Source: Candidatus Hydrogenedentota bacterium (lineage in GTDB: Bacteria > Hydrogenedentota > Hydrogenedentia > Hydrogenedentales > SLHB01). Taken from it: a DNA stretch of 64,000 nt. Shown here piece by piece: positions 57,101 to 64,000 of the stretch. Below the pieces are notes generated by a model. That model saw nothing but the letters and a program-made list of their open reading frames with translations, searched no databases and had not been told where the DNA came from. The stretch lies in contig CAXXYE010000004.1 of the NCBI GenBank assembly GCA_963674865.2, positions 64,001 through 128,000 of the forward strand, in the 5' to 3' direction. The translations under genes were made by a program, and so were the position numbers. Position 1 is the first letter of the stretch. The number at the start of each line of letters is the position of its first letter.

Positions 57101-58036
57101 ATGCCGTACCGGCTTGGACGAGACATCTTCCATCGGTGGGAGGGCAATCCGGCCCTGTCGCTCGAGGATATACCCTTCCGCTGCAATACGGTATTCAACG
57201 GCACGACGGTGAAGTTCGGAGATGAATACCTGATCCTACTTCGTGTCGAAGGGCAACAGGGATACTCATTCTTCGCCCTCGGAAGGAGCAAAGACGGCCT
57301 TCATTTCACCGTCGAGGACGAGCCGGTCATGCTTCCGGCCCGGGAGGGCCCCTGGGAACGCTATGAGTCGCAGGGCATCGAAGATCCCAGAGCCACCTTG
57401 ATCGACGGCTCGTACTACGTGATGTACACGGCGTGCGGCGATAACGGTTTTCGCATTGCCTTGGCCAAGACGGAGGACTTCCACCATTTTGAGCGCGTTG
57501 CCCTGGTTTCCGAACCGGGCAACAAGGACGGCGTCCTTTTCCCCGAGCGGATCAACGGCCAGTATGTACGCTTGGATCGGCCTATCGGCATGGATGTGGG
57601 GAGCATCTGGATCTCCTATTCCAACGACTTGCACGCCTGGGGCGACTCGAAGGTGCTGATCACCCCACGCGGTGGATACTGGGACTCCTACCGGATTGGG
57701 GCCTCCGTGCCGCCCATTCGCACCGACGAAGGGTGGCTCGAGATCTACCATGGCGTGAAGATGACAAGCTCCGGGCCGATTTACCGCGCCGGCACCGTCC
57801 TGCTTGACCTGGACGACCCGTCGAAGGTCATCGCGCGGTGCGGCGTGCCGCTGCTTTCCCCGCGTGAGGAGTACGAACGCGTGGGGGACGTGGGCAACGT
57901 CGTCTTCGCGTGCGGCGCCATTATCGAGCCCGGCGGTACGATCAAGATGTACTACGGCGCCGCGGACACCTGCATCTGCGTCGCCACGGCAACGATGGAA
58001 GCGGTGATGGAGTGGACGCTTAACCATCCCGGGTAG
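57101..58036 (+). CDS. GH130 glycoside phosphorylase (mannoside type)
   Basis: VFN, GIEDPR, NKDGVLFP, YHGV, GDVGNVVF, YYGAADT. Confidence 0.9.
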   Translation: MPYRLGRDIFHRWEGNPALSLEDIPFRCNTVFNGTTVKFGDEYLILLRVEGQQGYSFFALGRSKDGLHFTVEDEPVMLPAREGPWERYESQGIEDPRATLIDGSYYVMYTACGDNGFRIALAKTEDFHHFERVALVSEPGNKDGVLFPERINGQYVRLDRPIGMDVGSIWISYSNDLHAWGDSKVLITPRGGYWDSYRIGASVPPIRTDEGWLEIYHGVKMTSSGPIYRAGTVLLDLDDPSKVIARCGVPLLSPREEYERVGDVGNVVFACGAIIEPGGTIKMYYGAADTCICVATATMEAVMEWTLNHPG

Positions 58037-58087
58037 ACGTTCCTTCTCAACGGCGCAACACAATCCCCCTCAATCTCGGAGGAAGAA

Positions 58088-59167
58088 ATGAGTGGACTAC
58101 GCTATCGAGAGGACATGGACGCCGTTCGGGACCGCCTGACGCGCTGGTGGAATGGCGAAGACCTTGGGCGTCCCATGATCCAACTCAAGGCGCCGCGTGA
58201 ACATCCCGTCGAAAACGTGCCTGTGATGCCCGAGCCGCCTGGATGGGTGACCGGTTACTCGACAAAGGATTTCGACTACCGCGTCAATCTGGCCGCCTGT
58301 GCATGCATCAACCGACACTACCTTCTCGAGGCCGTGCCGTGGACCTCGCCCGACTTAGCGCCCAACTGCCTTGCTCTTTACCTCGGATGCCTGGGCGTCG
58401 AGCATTCAGGTACGGTTTGGTGTGAACCGTGCATTGAGTCTCCCGAGAATGCCCGTTTCGACTACGACCTCGAGAACTTCTACTGGGACTTCACCCTTCG
58501 CCTGGGCCGCGAGCAACTCCGCATAGGAGAAGGCAAATTCCTGATCCAGTTCCCTGATCTGATTGAAGGACTGGACACCCTGGCGGCCATGCGCACGTCG
58601 GACAGGCTTCTGATGGACCTCATCGAGCGTCCCGAATGGGTGCACGCCTCGATACGGCGCATCACGGACCTCTACTTCCGCTACTACGATATTCTCTACG
58701 ACATGTTTCGCGACGAGACCGGAGGCTCGATCTTCTGGGTGTGGGCGCCGGGCCGTATGGTGAAGCTACAGTGCGACTTCTCCGCCATGATCGGCCCCCA
58801 GATGTTTGGCGAGTTCATGGTGCCCATACTCTCCGAGATGGCCGAGCGCACGTCCTACTCGATGTACCACTGGGATGGCCCCGGCGCCCTCGTGCACCAT
58901 GACCACCTGCTCTCTATTCCCGCGCTCGACATGATCCAATGGACGCCGGGCGCCGGCGCTGAGCCGCCCGATCATCCCCGATGGTGGCCCTGCTACCACA
59001 AGACCGTGGACGCCGGGAAGAAGGTCTACGTTTCCTGGATTGCCTCCGTAGACAGCCTGGCCGGCATGCGGAAAGAGTTCGGCCCCAAGCTCAACCAATT
59101 CCTCTTCAGCATGGGTGTTGACTCCCCCGATATGGAAGACGCCGTCCTCGCCGCCGCATCCGGCTAG
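58088..59167 (+). CDS. URO-D/methyltransferase-like TIM-barrel protein
   Basis: D.L..MR...L.MDL...PE, LQCDFSAMI.P.MF, YHWDGPGA..H, IQWTPGAG. Confidence 0.65.
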   Translation: MSGLRYREDMDAVRDRLTRWWNGEDLGRPMIQLKAPREHPVENVPVMPEPPGWVTGYSTKDFDYRVNLAACACINRHYLLEAVPWTSPDLAPNCLALYLGCLGVEHSGTVWCEPCIESPENARFDYDLENFYWDFTLRLGREQLRIGEGKFLIQFPDLIEGLDTLAAMRTSDRLLMDLIERPEWVHASIRRITDLYFRYYDILYDMFRDETGGSIFWVWAPGRMVKLQCDFSAMIGPQMFGEFMVPILSEMAERTSYSMYHWDGPGALVHHDHLLSIPALDMIQWTPGAGAEPPDHPRWWPCYHKTVDAGKKVYVSWIASVDSLAGMRKEFGPKLNQFLFSMGVDSPDMEDAVLAAASG

Positions 59168-59641
59168 CCGCGGGCAGGCGCCGTCAGTAAGCATGCCGCT
59201 GGACTCCGCCTCGGAAAGACGCATGTTGATCCCACGGGCCGCCTCGCCCCTCCGGCAATTCACATGGACTGGCTAGGGGGGGGACGCGGTCCTCCGCGTC
59301 CGTGGCCACGCGGGAGCGTGACCCTCCCATGGCGTGCCGAATAATTCGCCGCGGCCGTTCCATAATCGCTCCCCCTCTGCGCTGCTTTGCGGCCTCGGCA
59401 TCTCTGCGTTCAGAATTCTCCAACACCCCACCACAGAGGCCACAGGACTCCCCCAATCCATCCTCTTAATCGTGTAAATCCCGTCAAGACAAAGAAGTGC
59501 CCCCTTCATCAATCCCATCCGCCTTTATCCCCATCCATTGCTCTGACAAGGCGGGGATTCAAGGGCTCCTCGCCGGCCCTTGCGCGAAAGCCGGAGCAGG
59601 GCCTATTGGACCTCAGACATCTGACGGAAGAGGGAGATTCA

Positions 59642-59670
59642 TTGCGGCTCTCCTGGGCCTCTGCTATACT
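59642..59670 (+). promoter_or_regulatory. Sigma70-type promoter upstream of pilT/U
   Basis: TTGCGG-N17-TATACT with extended TG. Confidence 0.5.
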
Positions 59671-59708
59671 TGTTTCATAATGCGATGGGGCATTCATAGA
59701 CGGGGAGA

Positions 59709-60812
59709 ATGTGCATGTACAAGCTGGAGCAGATCCTCGCGCATGCGGTGAAACACGGCGCGTCGGATGTACACCTTACCGTAGGCAGCCCACCGGCCGT
59801 GCGCATCGACGGCGATATCCGATTCATGGGGGAGGACAAACTGAGCCCGGACGATACGCTCGTCTTCCTGGACGACATCATGGACGAGGGCCAGAAGGAA
59901 CGCTTTCTGAAGACGGGCGATGCCGACCTCGCCCTGAGCGTTTCCGGATTGGGGCGTTTCCGCGTAAACGCATTGCGCCAGCGAGGGTCCGTGGGCATCA
60001 TCCTCCGCCACGTGCGAGGAAAGATCCTCGACTTTACATCATTGCATCTTCCGCCCGCTATGGAGAATATCTCCGAAATGCGGCGCGGCCTGGTACTGAT
60101 CACCGGTACCACGGGCAGCGGTAAATCAACGACCCTCGCTTCCGTAATCGACTATGTCAACCAGCGCCGCAGGCTGCATATCGTTACCCTCGAAGATCCT
60201 ATCGAGTACCTGCATTACAACAAGAAAAGCATCATCACCCAGCGGGAAATGTCCATCGACACGAAGGACTTCTACGTGGCGCTTCGCGCCGTGATGCGTG
60301 AAGATCCCGATGTGATTCTCATCGGCGAGATGCGCGACGCGGAGACCTTTCAGGCGGCTATGTCGGCCTCGGAAACCGGACATCTCGTTTTCAGCACGCT
60401 CCACACCACCAATGCCATGCTCACCATCGACCGCATTATGGATATGTTCCCGTCGAACCAGCACGACCAAGTCCGCTCACAACTTTCCCTTCAGCTTCGT
60501 GCGTGTGTGGCGCAGCGTCTGCTGCCGAGCGCCGACGGGAAAGGCCGCGTGCCTGCCGTCGAGGTCATGATGAATAATCCCGGCATTTCCTCGCTCATCA
60601 AGGACAACAACGTCAAGATGATCCCCAACGCCATCGCGGGGGGCAAGGAGGAAGGATCGCAAACCTTCAACATGAGCCTCGCCAGCCTGATCAAGCAGCG
60701 CCTGATCACGGAGGAGGAGGCCATGTGGGCCTCGGACAATCCCGAGGAGTTGCGCATGAATCTCCAGGGGATCTTCTTGAGCCAGGGCCGCGGAGGCATT
60801 CTGAAGCGTTAG
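59709..60812 (+). CDS. Type IV pilus retraction ATPase PilT/PilU family
   Basis: ASDVHL, GTTGSGKSTT, EDPIE, DPDVILIGEMRD, TGHLVFSTLHT. Confidence 0.93.
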   Translation: MCMYKLEQILAHAVKHGASDVHLTVGSPPAVRIDGDIRFMGEDKLSPDDTLVFLDDIMDEGQKERFLKTGDADLALSVSGLGRFRVNALRQRGSVGIILRHVRGKILDFTSLHLPPAMENISEMRRGLVLITGTTGSGKSTTLASVIDYVNQRRRLHIVTLEDPIEYLHYNKKSIITQREMSIDTKDFYVALRAVMREDPDVILIGEMRDAETFQAAMSASETGHLVFSTLHTTNAMLTIDRIMDMFPSNQHDQVRSQLSLQLRACVAQRLLPSADGKGRVPAVEVMMNNPGISSLIKDNNVKMIPNAIAGGKEEGSQTFNMSLASLIKQRLITEEEAMWASDNPEELRMNLQGIFLSQGRGGILKR

Positions 60813-60822
60813 GGCGCCGTGG

Positions 60823-62100
60823 CTATCGGCTTCTTCGCGCGACGTGCGGGTGGTCGTCGTAGACGATATCGACGAGTTCGCCGTCGTTCAGTATCGACAT
60901 GCGCGCCGCTTCCATCACCAACTCGTTGACGCTCGAGTTCGCAGGCGTGGCAACGAGGCCCTTCTTGTCCACCGCGGTGATGATCTCGCGTCGCCGTGTA
61001 AGTGCCTCGTCCTCGCCCATGCCGCCCACCTCGTTTTCGATGGCGTGAATCGTGTTGATTGTCGCGGCGACTGAGGCGAATCCATAACCGACGGGCTTGA
61101 ACCCGTCTCCTTCCCAAGGAACGAGCTGATAGAAGTCTGGACTGACGAAATTGAAGGTTGAGCCGGCGCATCCGATGCCTTCGAGATACGAGTGCGTCAC
61201 GCCCCGGAACTGATCATTGTGCTTGATCATCCCCGATTTGCCATCCCCCTCGCAGAACATCGTCAAGCACTGCTCATTGCTGCCCGCGCCCTCGTCCGGA
61301 TAACCGAGGCCGTCGGTGACGGACAGAATCGCCCCATTCTCAAAGATTACGCGCCCGTTGGCCCAGATGTACCCTTCATTGCCGTTGGGGAACCGGCCTT
61401 TGACTCCGTTCACCGATACGGCCGCCGGCCTCAGGCCCGTGATGTAGCACACCAGGTCGACGTAGTGGCAGCCAACGTATACGAACGGATCGGTTCGATC
61501 GCACGTGAACCAATTCTGGAAATTCGAGGAGCGATAGAAGTACGGCTCGATCATTTTGGCCTCGCCCATGATGAATTCGCCGAAATGGCCCTGCGCGTAA
61601 TGGCGTTTCGCCATGAGCGCGCGGGTATCGAACCGCTTGTGATACTCGACTCCTACGAACAGCCCCTTATCCCTGGCCAGCGTCTCGATCTCGACCGCCT
61701 CATCGTAGCGCAGCACCAGCGGCTTGACGCATAGGATATGATGGCCGTTCTTCAGCGCTTCCATGTTCACCGCATAGTGAAGATGATCGGGCATGGCGAC
61801 GATCACCGCGCTCCGCGGCGGCATCTCGGCCAGAACCTGCTTGTACAGTTCGGGGAAGTTTCTGTCGGGCCGCTCTTCCAGTGCCGGATAGGGGGCGAAG
61901 TCCTGCCCCGGAAAGGCCTGTTGAATGACGGTGCTCTCTTTGAGGGCCTTGAGGGGGGGCGTGTTCAGTGCGCATATCCGGATATCCCCCACGACGCCGG
62001 TGCGCTGCAAATGGTAAACGGCGGGGAGGATAAGATCGTTGGTGATCATGCCTCCGCCGACGATGGTTACTTCAACACGTTTCCCGTTGCCCGTACTCAT
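60823..62100 (-). CDS. Gfo/Idh/MocA family oxidoreductase
   Basis: IVGGGMI, PDHLH, CVKPL, HKRFD, GCHYVD. Confidence 0.85.
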   Translation of the reverse strand: MSTGNGKRVEVTIVGGGMITNDLILPAVYHLQRTGVVGDIRICALNTPPLKALKESTVIQQAFPGQDFAPYPALEERPDRNFPELYKQVLAEMPPRSAVIVAMPDHLHYAVNMEALKNGHHILCVKPLVLRYDEAVEIETLARDKGLFVGVEYHKRFDTRALMAKRHYAQGHFGEFIMGEAKMIEPYFYRSSNFQNWFTCDRTDPFVYVGCHYVDLVCYITGLRPAAVSVNGVKGRFPNGNEGYIWANGRVIFENGAILSVTDGLGYPDEGAGSNEQCLTMFCEGDGKSGMIKHNDQFRGVTHSYLEGIGCAGSTFNFVSPDFYQLVPWEGDGFKPVGYGFASVAATINTIHAIENEVGGMGEDEALTRRREIITAVDKKGLVATPANSSVNELVMEAARMSILNDGELVDIVYDDHPHVARRSR

Positions 62101-62179
62101 ATTCCTCAGCCCTTCCCTAGAACGTCAACAACCCACCGAAAGCGCCCACCTATCAGAGCGCCCCGCCGCGCTCACCAGG

Positions 62180-63307
62180 CTATTCTTGCTTGGCCGGCTG
62201 GGAGGCGGGGGAAGATGTTGCTCCCTGCGTCGGCGCCGGTACATCAGGCAGGAAGGTCTGCACGCCAAGGCGCTGATACGCCTCTTCGATGAGTGCTTGG
62301 GCCTTTTCGTGGCCTTTCTGGGCGAGCAGTTGCTCGCTCAGGGTGTCGTGCGCCTCTTCAAACGACACGGTGACGGGAGCGTGCCGGGCGGCAACCGTCA
62401 GGATATGCCAGCCGAACTGCGTTCTGAAAGGCTCCGATACCTCTCCTATGGGAGTGTCCCACATGCGTGTGTCGAACTCCGGCACCATCTTGCCGCGCGG
62501 TGTCTGCGGATAGGTTCCCCCGCGGGCCTTGGACCCCGGATCGTCCGACACCTCTTTGGCCACCTCGCCAAAGTCTTCGCCGTCGTCGACAATGCGCTTC
62601 CGCGCCGTGTCGATCTTCTCCTTGGCGACGGCCCAGTCCGCCTCGTTCTTGCTGTCGACCTTGACGAGGATATGCGCTACGTCCGCTGTCTCCGGAGTCC
62701 CCATGAGCCCTTGCGCCTTCGCGCGATCATAGGCCTCCTTCAACTCCTCCTCTGTAACCGTGACGTCTTTGCTCTGGTTGTCCACGAGCTTGCCGGACAA
62801 AACCTGTTGCCGGACGCGTTCAGCGATATCCTTCTCCGTAAGATTGTTTTCCTTGAGGAAGTTCTGAAATTCCTCTTCCGAAGGGAAGGCGCTCTTGCCT
62901 CTATCGAGAGCCTCCTTGAATTCCTCCTCTGTGACAACAATCCCCAGCTCCTTGGCGACGATTTCCATGAGCTTGGCCCGAATCATTCTGTCGAGGAGGC
63001 GCTGGCGCATGGCGGGAGGAATCTGCGGCGGCGTAGCCGGTGCAGCGCCTGTACGCTGCTGGTACATGCGGCTCATCATTCTGGCGGCTTCCTCCTCGGC
63101 AGCCTCAAACTCCTCACGCGTGATCGTATCTTCTCCGATGCGTGCCACCACCTCGGGGAGAGTTTCTGAAGCGCCGCCTTCGATGGAGGGTTGGGCCGCC
63201 GGTTCTGAGGGCGTGCCGGGCTGGGCCGCGGCGACGGGCCCGAATGCGGCGGCGGCGGTGAGTGCGACTCCGAGGGTGACGAACAACATGAGTCGTGATG
63301 GGTACAT
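62180..63307 (-). CDS. Parvulin-type peptidyl-prolyl isomerase (SurA/PrsA-like)
   Basis: Signal peptide, SurA_N-like region, HILV, S.DPGS...GG, MVPEF, TQFGWHI. Confidence 0.9.
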   Translation of the reverse strand: MYPSRLMLFVTLGVALTAAAAFGPVAAAQPGTPSEPAAQPSIEGGASETLPEVVARIGEDTITREEFEAAEEEAARMMSRMYQQRTGAAPATPPQIPPAMRQRLLDRMIRAKLMEIVAKELGIVVTEEEFKEALDRGKSAFPSEEEFQNFLKENNLTEKDIAERVRQQVLSGKLVDNQSKDVTVTEEELKEAYDRAKAQGLMGTPETADVAHILVKVDSKNEADWAVAKEKIDTARKRIVDDGEDFGEVAKEVSDDPGSKARGGTYPQTPRGKMVPEFDTRMWDTPIGEVSEPFRTQFGWHILTVAARHAPVTVSFEEAHDTLSEQLLAQKGHEKAQALIEEAYQRLGVQTFLPDVPAPTQGATSSPASQPAKQE

Positions 63308-63462
63308 GACCAAGCTCCTTGGGTTTAATGGGAGTGCGCCTGACGACACACCGATGTGGCCTCGAATGTTCTCATACTAATGGAGAACCGGCGGGTTTCT
63401 CAAGCGCGCCATCGCTGTATGTCATCGCTGTAATGTTCGCCGAGCGGCGTGCAACAGCGTGG

Positions 63463-64000
63463 CTAGGAAATGCTTACCTTCGTGCCTCTCTTGGCCGAAC
63501 GATAGATGGCCTCGATCAGCTCCACGGAGCGTCGGCCTTCCCGGCCATCCACGGCGGGGGGGCGATCCTCTCTTACCGCCTGGACGAAGTCCTCAATCTG
63601 TCTTCGATGGCCTTCGTGCTTGAGGTCGGCTGTGGGATCGCCGGCGCCGGAGCCGAGGTCCGCGCTCTTATCAAGATTGGCCCGGAGCGATTCGTCGTTC
63701 TCCCGTTCATCGCGAAAACGCCAAAAGCGTAGCTCACCCGCCTCCACCACGGCGCCGCCGTCCGTGCCATGGAGCTCGACGCGGGCCGGGTGGCCGGGCC
63801 AGATAGCTGTGCTCCCCTCGATAACGCCCAGCGCACCGTTCTCAAACGTGAGCAAGGCGCACGCGAGGTCTTCCACTTCGAGCCCCTCATGGCCGGCCAA
63901 CCGTGTCTGCGCCTGGACAGTCTTCACGGGGCCCATAAACCAAAGGAGCAGGTCGATCTGGTGAATTCCCTGGTTGATAAGACAGCCGCCGCCGTCGAGT
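63463..64000 (-). CDS. Gfo/Idh/MocA oxidoreductase, C-terminal part (truncated by window end)
   Basis: GGGCLINQGIH.IDLL.W, VED, AIYRSA. Confidence 0.85.
   Translation of the reverse strand, partial: LDGGGCLINQGIHQIDLLLWFMGPVKTVQAQTRLAGHEGLEVEDLACALLTFENGALGVIEGSTAIWPGHPARVELHGTDGGAVVEAGELRFWRFRDERENDESLRANLDKSADLGSGAGDPTADLKHEGHRRQIEDFVQAVREDRPPAVDGREGRRSVELIEAIYRSAKRGTKVSIS

Noticed and set aside
59709..60812. Unusual PilT lacking AIRNLIRE (reads GISSLIKD)
   Set aside because: Typical of PilU/PilT paralogues; not novel
62477..62487. 11-nt match (CTCCGGCACCA) to the tRNA-Leu 3' end as a possible attR
   Set aside because: Lies inside the conserved MVPEF codons of the PPIase; no integrase; intervening genes look chromosomal

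Overview
GC-rich bacterial chromosomal window from a diderm, flagellated organism; a Hydrogenedentota/PVC-like lineage is a guess from gene style only. In order it carries: the end of the infB-DUF503-rbfA-nrnA-truB-ribF operon; a TolC/MacA/MacB-type ABC efflux operon; an Eis-like acetyltransferase; an ECF sigma factor fused to a PheRS-alpha-like catalytic domain; tRNA-Leu(CAA); a GT-C/TPR protein; two hybrid histidine kinases; ArsR with an uncalled 46-aa Cys/His-rich peptide; a flagellar cluster flgFGAHIJ-N-L (flgM and flgK absent) with sigma54- and sigma28-type promoters; several glycoside hydrolases; an mrfA/mrfB-like repair pair split by a YaaC-like gene and an IS200-type tyrosine transposase with a structured REP-like repeat array; and pfkB-lptD-GH130 x2, pilT/U and PPIase genes. 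The strongest novelty candidates are the sigma-aaRS fusion, the ArsR plus metallothionein-like peptide, and the tnpA/REP/YaaC islet. All protein calls come from motif recognition by eye; no searches were run.
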